A program made the position numbers and the translations under genes. 64,000 nucleotides of DNA from an uncultured Clostridia bacterium (GTDB lineage Bacteria; Bacillota; Clostridia; Christensenellales; UBA1242): the NCBI GenBank assembly GCA_944350265.1, contig CALVOG010000005.1:2891-66890 (forward strand), read 5' to 3'. Position 1 is the first letter of the stretch. Every line of letters starts with the position of its first letter. The notes under the pieces are model-generated. The model saw nothing but the letters and a program-made list of their open reading frames with translations, had not been told where the DNA came from and searched no databases. This document shows, one piece after another, positions 18,387-31,600 of the stretch.

Positions 18387-19028
18387 GTGAAAGTGGAAAA
18401 TATTGGCAAAAAGGTTGTGGCGCTTTTGGAGAAAAAAGTTGTTGGGTTTGTGCTTAAACCTTTCATAAATTTCAGGCTTTTAAAGAAAACGGGTTATGTT
18501 GTTGTTGATGACGAAAGCGAGCAGGAGTATTTTGTTGGTTTTGAGAACATCAAAAAAATCGATGACTGTGTGCTTATTGAAAGTTCAAACGCACTGGAAT
18601 ATCTTGGTGAGAGTGGCGAGTTTCGCAAAAGAGTGCTGTCAGTTGCGGGCGAAGATTTGGGCAGGGTGAGAGAGTATGCTTTTCGCTATCGCGTGCTTAA
18701 AAAAGTTGTGACCGACAAATGCGAGATAAGCGCCAAAAATATCAGCGATGTGGGCGACGATGTTTTGTTTGTCAATTTTTCAAAAAAGCGTAGAAAATTC
18801 CCGCGCTCCAAAAATGAGAATGCGAAGGTTGTGGCAATGAATGAAGTGAAATTGCCAGCCGTTGTCAATCTTTCCTCGTCCTATTATATAGGAAAGGTGG
18901 CAACCAAAATGCTTCTTGGGCTTAACCACGAACTGATTGTCAAGGACGGAACAAAAATCACCAAGCAAATTTTTGATAAGGCAAAGAAGCATAACCGCCT
19001 TAACGAACTTTTTTTCATTATAAAATAA
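18387..19028 (+). CDS. hypothetical protein
   Basis: It is a 213-codon ORF with a GTG start, host-like composition and no convincing RBS. No family was recognised. Confidence 0.35.
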   Translation: MKVENIGKKVVALLEKKVVGFVLKPFINFRLLKKTGYVVVDDESEQEYFVGFENIKKIDDCVLIESSNALEYLGESGEFRKRVLSVAGEDLGRVREYAFRYRVLKKVVTDKCEISAKNISDVGDDVLFVNFSKKRRKFPRSKNENAKVVAMNEVKLPAVVNLSSSYYIGKVATKMLLGLNHELIVKDGTKITKQIFDKAKKHNRLNELFFIIK

Positions 19029-19373
19029 GTTCATAAGGAAAATATTTTTATAAAAAAATAAGAAAAAACATTGATAATTAAAAATAATTTATTGAAAAAT
19101 GGAAAATTAAAACATCAAAAAAAATTGCCTATTTGGGAAAATTAAAAAAACAGTTTTAGCATCAAAAAAATGTTAAATTAGCGTATTAAAAATAACGGTT
19201 TTATTTACTAAAAAATAATAAAAAAACAAAAAAATATCAAAAAAACACGTTTTTTTCAAAAAATAATTGAAATTTAGTCCATTTTTTGATGTTTTTTGTG
19301 ATTAAAAATGTTTTATAAGAAACAAAGCAATGATAAAAGTGTTAGCGTAAAAGTTTTGTCATAAGTTTGTTTG

Positions 19374-19745
19374 GACCAAGCGCGCTTGGATGTGTGAGGT
19401 GTTCTGGGTTTAGCCGTGTTTTGCTGACGAAAGAGTGTGTGGATTAGGCATATGAAAAGTGGATATATTAGACATTCGCGGGTGGGTGCTACGACGAGAT
19501 TCTTCGGCGTTGCCTCAGAATGACAAATAACCGACAGTCCTAACGGTAGGGGCTATACTGCGCGTAGAACATTATATAAAACGTGGCAGTGCCACCCCAG
19601 AATGACAAATAAACCCAGAGCCTTAACGAGATGGGCGGTATGTTGTGTTAAGCTTTTTTAAGAGGATGTATTAGACATATGCGGGCGGGTGCTACGACGA
19701 GATTCTTCGCTTCGCTCAGAATGACAAATAACCGACAGCCCTGGC
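19374..19745. repeat. cluster of interspersed repeats (module B plus two full and one partial family-A unit)
   Basis: Module B, GACCAAGCGCGCTTGGATGTGTGAGGTGTTCTGGGTTTAGCCG (19374-19416), recurs at 60115-60157. Full units of about 90 bp, GGATRTATTAGACAT..GCGGG.GGGTGCTACGACGAGATTCTTCG..CTCAGAATGACAAATAACCGACAG, lie at about 19461-19550 and 19666-19745. Confidence 0.85.
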
Positions 19746-19816
19746 GTCTAAATTTAATTAATATATTTTTTTGATTTAATTTCCAATTAAAACTATTTTT
19801 GCTAGTAATTATTTTT

Positions 19817-19890
19817 GATTTTTATGTTTTAATTTTTATTTTGATTTTTTTATGTTTTAATTTTTATTTTGTTTTTTTATTTTTGTGTTT
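19817..19890. repeat. AT-rich tandem repeat (26-28 bp unit, about 2.5 copies)
   Basis: GATTTTTATGTTTTAATTTTTATTTT (19817-19842) and GATTTTTTTATGTTTTAATTTTTATTTT (19843-19870) are followed by a partial third copy. Confidence 0.8.
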
Positions 19891-19997
19891 TCGCTAATAA
19901 ATATTTTTTTATATTTTTTAGGTTTTTTATTTTATTTATTTGTATTTTTGATTTGAAATGTAGTATCATAAAAATATATAGGTGAGAGGAGGCGTTT

Positions 19998-22673
19998 ATG
20001 GTTCGCTTAATTCCAAGAAAAACTAAGGTCAGATTTGAGTTCTTTCGAGGTGTGACTGGGCTTGATATTCTTTTGGGCGCCATTTTTCTTGCCATTGCCA
20101 TTGTGCTTTTCACGGCAAACTTTCCTTACCACATTTGGTTCGGTTTTGCGTGGACGATTGTTGCAATTTCCCTCTTTTTCAAATTTGCAGACGATGTTAG
20201 ATTCTACACCACTCTTGTTTATCTTTTGAAGTTTATGGTGCAGAAGAAAAAATTTACTAACGAAAGCGAGGGTAAAAAGGGCGACATCAACAACATTTTG
20301 CCATATAGCGGAATTGTGCAGGATAGATACATAAATTTTGGAATTTACTACGGAATGGTTTTGGAGGTTCAGCCGATGTTCTTCACCCTTCTAACCGAAG
20401 CCTTCCAAGATAACGTTATTGAAAGTTTTGCAAACGCATTAAGACGATTAAATAACGACCAAACTTGTTCGATTGTTAAAATTAGGAAACCGATGGTGCT
20501 TGACAACTATATTTACAACGAGAACAAGAAATACGACACTCTTTACGATATGCAATACGACGGGCAGATAACCGAGGCGGAAATTGATGCGCGCGCTCCT
20601 ATTTTCGAGGAGAGGGTTTCCTTTTTTGAATACATAAATCGTCAGCAAAAAATCTATAAGGACTACTTCTACATCGTGGTTTACGACAAGGATAGAGAAC
20701 TTTTGGAGAACACGGTGAATGGTATGATGACGGCGCTGGCAACGTCGCTCAATCCAGTGAGTTCGAAGATTTTAACAGGAAGAGACCTTTACATCTTCCT
20801 TAAAGCGAATAACGGCAAGGATTTTGACCAAAGAGATTTGGACATTATGCCATTCAATAAGTATAAAGAGTGGATTAAGCCGGCAAAAATCAAATTTAAT
20901 ATCGCAAGGTATTTTATAGATAAAGATAGTTATAGGGTGTTTAACCTTATTGACTATCCTCTTCAAGTGGGCAACGCTTGGGCGGCGTCCTTCTTCTTGC
21001 TTGATAGAACCAAGGTGGTTATGAAGTTCAATCCTATGCCACGGCTTGAAAGTGAGCGCCAAATTGACAAAGCGATTATGGAAATGGAGTCGAAACTGAG
21101 TAAAGCGGGCAGAAGTTCGACGCAAATTGACTACCAAACGCACCTAGACACACTTAAAGAACTTTTGGTTGGCTTAAAAAATAATAACCAGCAACTTTTC
21201 AACGTCAACACCTTTGTCACTTGTGAGGACTCCGCAAAAAAAGACGTGCGTGCTATGCTTAAACAACAAGGTTTTAGATATAGCGAAATGTTCTCGCGCC
21301 AGATTGATGGGTTCATTTCCTCCAATATCTCGCGCCTAGACACAATGAAGTCGACGATGCGCGGAATCCCAACCACAACGCTTGCCGCAGCCTTTCCGTT
21401 TATTTCAAACTCGTTGCAAGACCAAAATGGGATGTATTTGGGCGATAATGAGTATCCAGTTTTCGTCGATTTCTTCAAAAGAGACCGCGAAAGAGTTAAC
21501 TCCAATATGATGATTATCGGTAAATCTGGTTCGGGTAAAAGTTACGCAACGAAAACGCTACTGACAAACCTTGCGGCGGATAACTGCAAAATCTTCATCT
21601 TGGACCCAGAAAATGAGTATAAAACCCTCACCAAAAACTTGGGCGGGAAGTTTATTGATGTCGGTTCCTCTTTGCAAGGCATTATCAATCCTTTCCACGT
21701 GATAACTTCACTTGACGCTTCAGAGGATGACAAGGATGAATATGACGAATACGGGCAACTTATTGAGAAGAAAATTGAAGAAAATGTCGACGATTCCTTC
21801 GCACAACACCTCCAATTCTTGGAACAGTTCTTTAGGGTGATTTTGGAGGGGATAAACTCCGACGCTTTCGAGGTTTTGAACTCGCTTGTTATCGATATGT
21901 ATAAGGAGAAGGGGATTGACTATAAAACCAACCTCTCCAAGTTTAAGCCGGAAGATTATCCAGTTTTCGACGACCTATATAACCTCATACTAAGACGCCT
22001 TAAAACCGCCAAGGACGATTTCTCAGTTAAGAACCTTATGACAGTGGAAACTTACGTTAAAAAGTTCGCAACGGGCGGTAGAAACAGCAAACTTTGGAAC
22101 GGACCAACCTCCATTGAAACCAACGAAAACTTTGTAACCTTCAACTTCCAGTCGCTGGTTGCGGGCAATAACCCAACCGTCACGAACGCGCAAATGCTTT
22201 TGGTGTTTAGGTATTTGAACAACGAAATTATCAATAATAAGGACTTTAACGCTAAGTATCATAAAAATAGGAAGATTATTGTTGCCGTCGACGAGGCACA
22301 CATCTTTATTAACCCAAAATACCCAATCGCGCTTGACTTTATGGCACAAATGGCAAAGCGTATTAGAAAGTATGGCGGTATGCAAATCGTCATCACTCAA
22401 AACCTTGCTGACTTTATCGGCACCGACGAAATCAAAAGACAGTCGACGGCGGTTATCAACGCTTGTCAGTATTCTATGATTTTCTCGCTTGCGCCGAACG
22501 ACGTTAACGACCTAACAGAGCTTTACAAAAAGTCGGGCGGTATTAATGAAGAAGAACAAAATTCCATTGTGACCGCGGGCGTTGGACAGGCATTTTTGAT
22601 TACCGGTCCAACCTCTCGAACGACCGTGCAAGTTGTGGCTAATGACTACGTGAAACAACTGTTTGGAGGTTAA
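19998..22673 (+). CDS. VirB4/TraE/PrgJ-type conjugation-family ATPase fused to an N-terminal VirB3/PrgI/TcpE-like two-helix membrane domain
   Basis: GAGGAGG lies upstream of the ATG. The N-terminus reads RKTKVRFEFFRGVTGLDILLGAIFLAIAIVLF...IWFGFAWTIVAISLFF. Walker A GKSGSGKS is at 21519-21542, followed by FILDPENEY and GIINPF. Walker B IIVAVDEAH is at 22275-22301. The product is 891 aa. Confidence 0.7.
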   Translation: MVRLIPRKTKVRFEFFRGVTGLDILLGAIFLAIAIVLFTANFPYHIWFGFAWTIVAISLFFKFADDVRFYTTLVYLLKFMVQKKKFTNESEGKKGDINNILPYSGIVQDRYINFGIYYGMVLEVQPMFFTLLTEAFQDNVIESFANALRRLNNDQTCSIVKIRKPMVLDNYIYNENKKYDTLYDMQYDGQITEAEIDARAPIFEERVSFFEYINRQQKIYKDYFYIVVYDKDRELLENTVNGMMTALATSLNPVSSKILTGRDLYIFLKANNGKDFDQRDLDIMPFNKYKEWIKPAKIKFNIARYFIDKDSYRVFNLIDYPLQVGNAWAASFFLLDRTKVVMKFNPMPRLESERQIDKAIMEMESKLSKAGRSSTQIDYQTHLDTLKELLVGLKNNNQQLFNVNTFVTCEDSAKKDVRAMLKQQGFRYSEMFSRQIDGFISSNISRLDTMKSTMRGIPTTTLAAAFPFISNSLQDQNGMYLGDNEYPVFVDFFKRDRERVNSNMMIIGKSGSGKSYATKTLLTNLAADNCKIFILDPENEYKTLTKNLGGKFIDVGSSLQGIINPFHVITSLDASEDDKDEYDEYGQLIEKKIEENVDDSFAQHLQFLEQFFRVILEGINSDAFEVLNSLVIDMYKEKGIDYKTNLSKFKPEDYPVFDDLYNLILRRLKTAKDDFSVKNLMTVETYVKKFATGGRNSKLWNGPTSIETNENFVTFNFQSLVAGNNPTVTNAQMLLVFRYLNNEIINNKDFNAKYHKNRKIIVAVDEAHIFINPKYPIALDFMAQMAKRIRKYGGMQIVITQNLADFIGTDEIKRQSTAVINACQYSMIFSLAPNDVNDLTELYKKSGGINEEEQNSIVTAGVGQAFLITGPTSRTTVQVVANDYVKQLFGG

Positions 22674-22684
22674 AAAGGAGCGTT

Positions 22685-25600
22685 ATGACCAAACTTTATC
22701 GAAGAATTTTTGTTGGCGTGTTATCTTGCATTGCTTTTGTCTTTGCAGGAGTCTTTTTTGTCGGCTGTGGGAAGGTGGATTATTCAAATATCTCCGTTTC
22801 GGCAAACACGGCAAGTGTGGACCTAGAAAGAGGAGAAAGCACAAATCTTTCCTTCTCAATAGAAAACACCTCAAAATCTTTCTATAAAGTCTTAAAATTT
22901 TCCCTAGATAAAGAGGGGGTCATCTCCATAGATGATGTGAAATATGAAAACGATACTGCCGTGGTCACCATAAGCGCGCTTGCTGGCGGAACTGCCAATA
23001 TTACGGCACACGCGGAGGAGGGGTATAAGTGGACAAGTGTGCGCGTGAACGTTGTTGAACATTCCTCTTCGATGAGTTATGGCGGAAATGCCTTCTACCT
23101 CACCGCGGGCAGTGAACTTAGCGCGCCATCTAATTTAAACCTCACTGCAAGCGACTATGTTTTTAGCCCTAACGCCACTGATAAAGACGTGACCTTTTAC
23201 TATGTGTATGGCGGTGCAAACTTCGCCGATTTAAAGTTTAAAGATTTTTATGGCGCGACCTTTGATTTTAATGACTTAAACAACATTGCTATGCCGGACG
23301 AGTTGTTGTTTGAAGAGGGGAGTTATCTAATTTTTACCGATTCGAACACCGTTGAACATAACGTGAGTGCGGTTAAGTTTGATGGCGCTAAGGTGGAAAA
23401 TGGCGCTCTTAACCTTTATTATAACGGCGAAATTGTGGCGTCGAGTGGGTATGAGAACGACAGTCCGCTCACTCGAAGTTTGCAAACCGCGCTTTTAGAG
23501 CAGAAATTTAACCTTGTTGCTTTTTATAATTATTCGGTATACGAAAACAGCGCTTTGGAAGGTGTGAAATCCTACCTCTACACAATGCACGAGGCAAAAA
23601 TCTACCAAAATTTGGACGTCAGCGTGACGAGTGGCTACATAAAAACCACCACTGGTGAAAATTTGGAAAAAGAAAAAACGCTGGAATTTTCGAGTAAATT
23701 TAATGAAAACATCAAACTTTTGCCGAACAGCAACGAGTTTAACACCATCGCTTTGAAGGTGAGTCTTGGCGTGAGCATTGGAAGCGTTGATTATGGCGTT
23801 ATGAACATCGCTGAAAACCTGATGGTGGAGGTGGTTTCCGCGTCCTCGTGGGCGACGTATAAAGAGGAAAACGGCATAGTTGAAAGTAATGCGACCGACG
23901 AAGAGAATGTCTTTTATGTTATCATCAACTCCTCGGCTTTTGAGAAGGGCGAGTTTAAATTCGAACTCTTTGCAAGGTATGATGCGCTCAGCGACGTTTT
24001 AGATGACTATAACGTCAACTTCTGCCCGCAAATTGAGGTGGAAGTGGGCTTGGTGCCAACCGAAATTCTTTTCAATGGCGTTAGTGCCACTTCGTATAGT
24101 TCGGCAACTGCGCCTATCATCATCTACAACTATTACCGCTACCCTGATTTTGGCTGGAAAGACCTTGAAATATCCTTGGCAACGGGGCTTGACTCTGTGG
24201 CAGATTTTTCCTATGCTGTTGTGAATTATGAAAGTGATGATATCGATTTTAAGCAAGGCGAAAGCACACCGATTGAAAATGACGAAGAGATTTATGACTT
24301 GTCAACGCCTTTTAAGTATCGCGGAAATGAGCAGTTTAAGGAAGAGGGAATTGGTTATTTCACTATAACCATTCATCTTGAAGTAAGCGACGGAGAGACG
24401 ATTTCGATTAGCGCTGAGGTTTACTACAATCTTGTTAAAGGCGCGTCGGCAATTTTAAAGGACGACATTAATTATGGCACGAGTGGCGTTTTGTTTGTGG
24501 ATATGCAGGCGGAGGGCGTGATGTCGCTTGGCAACTACCTCTATGCCGACACCATTTTCAACGGTGTTTCAATTGAGCATATTTCGGGCGAGGACGTGGT
24601 GTCGTTTATAATTAACCAAGATTGCTGTAAGGAAGTGTTGAACGCCTTGAATGAGCGTATTTTTGTTGTCAATGCGGAAATTTCGGCGCGAAGAACGGGC
24701 AGGGGAACGTATCGCGTGGAATTAGACAACGGCGTTTTCACAAGTATGACTGTTGAGGTTATCGACACGTTGCAGTCCGACAACTTTGGCGTGGAACTTG
24801 TTTCGTCTGACTATGTGGGATATTATGAATATACCACCTCGCATTTTGAGGAAGATAACGAAGAAGAAAGATACGTAAACACCTTGCACCTTGAAATTTT
24901 GAATGCCACCGACAAGGACACATACGAAGTCAACTTTGGCAGTGTGGTTGGCGTGAGATTTTATGGAAATATCATCTCAATATCCGAGCCTCAAATCGAC
25001 AACAACGACGTGATTTCAGTGGGCAGGAATAGTGAAGTGCGCTTCAATATAACAACCACTTCAAATGGTGAATCGCTGGTGCATTTCGTTGCTAATGGCT
25101 ATGCCGTTGACAGTGAAAAACTCCAAAAAATAGATACGGAATTACATTATTATATCGATGTGAAATCCTATTCGCTTGTCGACGAATTTTACCTTCTTAA
25201 CGACGGGCGCTATGCGGTTGACAATGTGGTTTATTACGGGCAAAGTTCCAACCTTCCAAGTGAGGCAACAAGCGTAACATTCGAGGTCTATGCCGAAAAC
25301 AAGGAGGCGTTTGGATTCTATGAGTATAAGATTTCCGACGATTATTTTGAATACTTAAAAGAGGATATGCTCACCGAAGGCGAACAACTTAACACTTCAA
25401 ACATCTTTGGCAGGCTGGTTTATGAACTTAGTTCGGCGATAAGTGCGGGCGAAGAACCAACCGACGGCGAGGAGATACTTTTAGCTGACATTGACGACGA
25501 ATATATTAAAAGCGAACTTGTTTATGAGAAGTATGACAGGCGATTTATTTATTTCTATGCCGACGCAAATTCGCGCTCGCTTAGAACGGCAAGTGAGGCA

Positions 25601-28600
25601 ACCATCACCGTTTCGCGCGAAAATGCCAAACTTTCCTACACCGTTTATTTCAACCTTCCACGTGGGATAATTTTCAATATGAAAGATAAGGAAACATCGG
25701 TGAATGTTGGCGGTGTGGAGTATATTATATCCATCGAATTTTCCAACGTTTTCAGTCTTGCTGGCACCAGTGGTATGCAAGGGCGATTCAACTTTAACAC
25801 CTTCACCTATGAGCATACCGTTGCAAACCGTGGCGACTTTGTTCTTCACTCATATTTGCAACAACGAAATTACAGCGAAATGCAATACGACGCCAACATC
25901 ACAACAACGCAATATGTTGAAGTGGAGAGGGTTTCCACCGCTTCAAAAATTGACGAAATCGCTTTCACAAACGGTTATTTAAGCGATATTTTCGTTGTGT
26001 TCGCCAGTCCAACAAACGCCACTAACATCGATTTGAAAGCACAATTTGCGCCGATTAATTTTGCATCCAGCGACCTTGTCACCACAAATATCATCAAGCA
26101 AAGCGCGGGCGTTTATCTTGTTGAGGTTTCGGTGGAAAAGTTCTATAATAATAACAGCAACATTAACTCCATTGAAGAGGCGCTCTCTGGCACATTATAC
26201 ATCTTCCCAAGCGAGTGGGGTGATAACTACACCTTGCTTGGCGAGCATACGCCGATTGAGATTGTTGTGTCTTACCGCAACGGCTCGGAGGCGAATAGGT
26301 ATATCCTAGATTCGCCAGAGGACGTTCTTCAAATCGGCAATAATGAAGAAACTCTTTCAAGTCACTATGAAGTGCGCTCGAACATTGATATGTCCACTGT
26401 CCGCGGAGAGAGTATTGGTTTCTTAAACGGCGAACTTGTGGGCTTCTCAGGTTCGATTGTCGGCACAACTTCACAAGCGGGGATTTCAAATTTCAGCATT
26501 TCCTTTGCTGAAGGAAAAGGAGTTATCGCGCCGAAAGCCGACGGGACCAGTTATTATGCGGGCATCTTTGCGCAAATCAACGACGACGCTTACATTAAAA
26601 ATTTAACCATAAGCGCAAAGTTTGATTTAAACACACTTGGATACACTGGGAATTATCGAATTGCTCTTCTTGCTGGCATAAATTACGGCAGGCTTTCGAA
26701 CGTCAGCGCGGAGGTTTTGGAGTCTAATATCGCCGTTCGCGGTGGTGGCGACTTTGTCATCGGTGGGCTGGTTGGAGAAAACGGCGTCATAAGTTATAAC
26801 GAGGACGCAACTGAAGTTTCAAAAGCGGGCGAAATCTTGCAAAACTTCTCTTCATACGCTGAAAGTGAAAATGAGATTGAGGGGTATTTCACCATCAAAG
26901 ACAGGGTGGGCGAGTTTAGCGGTCAAACGCCAAAAATGCTTGCTTCCTTTGATGGAAAACTCAGCATAAATATCGACGGCACCGCGTCAAATGCAAGAGT
27001 TTACGTGGGCGGTGTTGCTGGGAAAAATAGTGGCGATATATATAGGATAGACGACGAAAGTTTGAGTATCTATGGCTACGCGTCATATTCAAGTTACGCC
27101 AACATTGAAGTGGGCGGAGGCAGTGCTGATTGCGTATATCTCGGTGGCACGGTTGGATATTTTGTGGGCAACAGCAAAGTTCTTTCGAAGATAATTAAAA
27201 TCTCAAACGACGACTATGATTTTGCGGTCAACGAAAACCCTGTCAATGTCACTGCGCGTGCAACAATCTTTAACCTCCTAGTGGGTGGCGAGGTTGATTT
27301 AAGCGTTCCTGTTGAAAACAGTGCTGTTGGTGGCATTGTGGGATATGCTGGCGGAATTGAAAATAGAGAAGCTCAGCAGGTTTACCTTTTGAAAAATACC
27401 TCCCGCACCTTCGTTCGCGGAGATATGTTCACAGGCGGAATTGTGGGCGCGGAGGATTATAGCGAAAATAAGCCTTCTGTCAACTATCTTCTTCACGAAA
27501 CGACCCCTAGTGGCGAATACGTTTTAGTGGAGAACGATGACGGCGCTTTGGAACGCGTGGTTTTAGAGGAAACTAAAAATAAGATTGAGGCTGTCGATGA
27601 CGGAAGAGGCGTGTTCGAAAGTTCGATGATGCTTTTAAGAGGCGCCGAAGACGACAAGAAAGATATCGAAAATAAGGACGCCTTCACGCAAAATCTTGTT
27701 ATTGCGATTGGAAATTCCTATAAAATTGGACGAAACTATCAGCCAAGCCTTGAGGATATCAAAATGACGCTTGCTGACTTCGATATTTGCTCCTATCTTT
27801 CAAGAGGTTTTGTTAGTAACGAGGTGCTTGACAAGAACGTCAATTCGCTCAATTCATATTATGGTGACTATCTTGTATATGACGGCACAGAGCGCGTGGA
27901 AAGTTTTAATTTTGCGAAGGCGGAGGCAAACCTTGGAATCGGCGAAAGCGATTTCAAAATGACAAGTGAAAACGGCGCCGAGAATGTCTTTTTGATGTTT
28001 AACTTCTCTGGCAATTTCACCGAGGATGCCGAAGGAATTGCCGAAGAGTATATTGAGGATGCGGGCTTAAACAAGTTCTCGCCTAACAGCAAACTCTATC
28101 CTTTCGCGCTTAACACAAGAGATGCGCAAATTCTCTCCACCTCAACGCACCTACTTAGAGTGGATGCGGACGGAAGTTTAACCACCTATTCAAACGGCGT
28201 TGCAAGTGTGAGTTTGCAATCAATTTTGAACATACAAAAATCAATAAAAATCTATCTATACATTGTTGACTACTTGGACGTTTGGTCGCAAGATTCCATC
28301 TTCTACGCTTCCAACACCATTGACTCCTCCAACATCATCTCAGGCTCGGAAATCTCCGTTTACGGCACGAGGCAAACCACCATTCACGCCGTGCCAACCT
28401 ACGCTCTTAAAGAGGGCTACCTTTCTTACGAGGCGGGTGGAAGAAATGTGGATGTGGTGATTGAGCCAGACGGCACTTTCAACTTAAATAACGTCAACAT
28501 AAAATTAAGCGGAAACGAAAGCGTGGTTGTGGATGCAAAGTGCGAAAATCCTCTTTACACCACCCACCAAGTTGACAACAACGCCATTCTCTTCTTCGGC

Positions 28601-31600
28601 AACGGCGACAACTTGCAAGGCAGAGACACCTACATTCTTTCCTCGCACCTTGAAACCGAAATTGAGGGCGAGAAATATCGCTTTGATATCGGCGCGTCGA
28701 AAAACAGTGAGGGCGTCAGCGTTGGCGTGACCTATAAAGAAACGGCAACGAGCATCAAGGTGTCATCCAATTTGATTTCAATGAGAACCAACGACGTTCA
28801 AAAAGAAAAAATCGAAGTGACGTCGCGTAACGACGAGTTCGTTTATTACGAAATCTTCTTTGAAAGTGAAAACGGCGAGAAAATGATTGCCAGCAAGATG
28901 GATATGTCCTGGGCAAACGGCGTTAGCGACGAAAATTTTGTTGAGGAATATGTGAAATATATCAAAGACTCAAATGCGCTTTTCCTTTTAAACATCGAAA
29001 AAAATGGCAACACTTTCGACCTTTCAATAAGCATTAACAAGGAAAGCGAGGCGTTCAAAAATAGGAAAAACGAAACTATTTATGGCACCTATCGCATAAC
29101 TTTCTATGCTAACGAACTTTATGACGGCGTTCACACCAACTTCACCATTTTCCTTGCCGAAGCGGAAATCACCAGCGTTGAGGCTTCAAATTATTCAAAT
29201 TATAAGGATATAAGCGCGCGCGATAACAAGATTGTGCCGTCGAGGTATGGGCTTTTGGAGATTGACGTAAGCCCAGTTGAGGCGGAATTTGACACTTTCA
29301 GCATAAAAAATAACGCCATAAACTACGTTGAGGGCGCGGGTGAAGTGGATTTCACTTTTGCTTATAGGAATGTCACTGAGGAGGGCGTTACACTTGTCAC
29401 AGACACTCTGTTTGGCAAGGGCGTCAACGGCGAACTCACCTTCACTTATGAAGATTATGTTGACTACCTTGAAGAGCGCAACCTTTCCTATAACGGCAAG
29501 ATTTACATTCGCTATCTTCTTTCCTCACTTGGAGTTGCGGGCGATATGCCAATCCGTTTTGATATCACCGTGTCAAGCCTAAACGGGCAGGTGAGCGAAG
29601 AAGTGAATTTGGTGACAGAACTTGAAAATTACGCCAAACTTTCCTTTAACGACAGAGAGGAAGCGGAGGTTTATTATGTGGCACGCGGGCTTAACTACGG
29701 AATGACGCTTGATTACTTTGGCTATGCGCTTGACGACATTGAAATCTCGCTTTCGGATAGTTCTGTTGCGCAAATCACCGGCGAAGGCAGAGAGAGAGTT
29801 TTAGAGATAACCGACAACACCATAACGCCAAACGACGATATCGGCTTCAAACTCAATATCTATGTGAATGCAAGTAGGGTCATTGACAATGTTGTGGTGC
29901 CATATTCGCAAATTCTCACCGTTTACATTATGGAATTTGTGCTGGATTATCAGTATGTCGCTGGCTTTAACGAGGATGTTGTGCGTGGGATGGAGGACGG
30001 CGTCATCTCAACGGCGGTTGGAAATGCCTATAAACTTGAGGTCGACATTTGGAACTACCTTGAATATGACGCCGAAAACAACTCGGTTGTTCAAAACGTT
30101 CGTCAGTTTATGGAATCGCTTTCGGCAAATGCTGAGTTTAGGCTCTATGACGCTGAAAATGGCAGAAACGGCGTGCTTATCACCGACAGTTTGAACATAA
30201 AGAGTGACTATTATCACATTAATGGAAAATACGTCACGGGCATCCGCCTTTACGAGCCTGAGCAAGACCTCTATCACTTCTCAATGGAAGTGAAATTTGT
30301 GCGCCGTAACGGTCTTTATGTTGTCGACAAAAACGCGGTTGACCCTGAAGTTGTTTACACCGAATTTTCCTTCTATATTCACCAGCAGTCCACCAACGAA
30401 AGCCCGATTCCTGTTGAAGATATCGAAGATTTGATGGGAATGGAAGAGGGGCAGTATTATATCCTTTTAAACGACATCGTTCTTCCAAACGATAATTCGG
30501 CGGAAAGCTTCGCACCAATAACCGAACAAGTTGCTGGGTTTGACGGCAACGGCTATGCTCTCATTTTCAGCGGAACTTACACCTTTGAAACGTCGAACAT
30601 AGGCATTTTTGAGAACGTTGCCTCAGGCGCAGTCATTAAGAATATGACGGTCGAACTTGCCTCAAACACCACCTTTAAAGCGCCAAGTGCGAGCGCTTCG
30701 GTGGGGCTTATCGCGGGAAATAACGCGGGCGTCATCACCAACTCGGAGGTTTCTTCCTTGAACAACTCCGCGCTCTCCATTTCTCTTTCAAGCACCGATT
30801 CGTATGTTGCGGGCTTTGTGGGCAGGAACACAGGAATTATCACCAATTCGCGTAGCCTTGTCAGCGTTTTCTCTAATGCTAATCTTGCCGGCTTTGCAGG
30901 CACTAACTCTGGCACAATTTCCTCCTCCTATTTCTACGGCGGAAACTTGCGCAATGAAAGCACCGCCACAACTTCAGGTGGCTTCACAGCGGGCTTTGTT
31001 GTGAATAACTCAGGCAAAATCAACACGTCGTATGTTTCGGACGAGGTGACAACAAGCGAGGATGAAGTATATTCGCCTAACGCGTCAAGTTCGATTGTTT
31101 CGCGTAATGCCATCTCTGGCTTTGTGTTCACAAATTCGGGCGGGATATCTAACTGCTATTCCAACATTCATATGAACAACACAAGTTCGCTTGCTTCTGG
31201 GTTTGTGTTCAACAACGAGGCGAGTGGCGAGGTGAGTTCGTCGATTTCCACAAGCATTCTTAACAATAACAACACTCTAAGTTACGGCTTTGCGCGCGAG
31301 AATGCTGGCATAATCAGCGACGGCATCTATCTAAGCGATAACGGAATAAACGACAGCGTCGGCTCAGTGTCGAACAATGAAAGAACGTCGATTATGGCTC
31401 TTAGCAAAGAGGAATTTGACATCAATGACGAAAACTTTGCTGAGAATTTTAGGAACTTTGTTTACTCGAACACTCGTGGCTATAACGCTGTTTGGTTCTA
31501 TAATAACACCAACTCGTCGGCGTATTTTAACGGGCAGAACTTCAATGTGAATAGGCTGGAACTTGTTGCGCCAAACATTATCGCCTTCTCGCAGAGGTAT

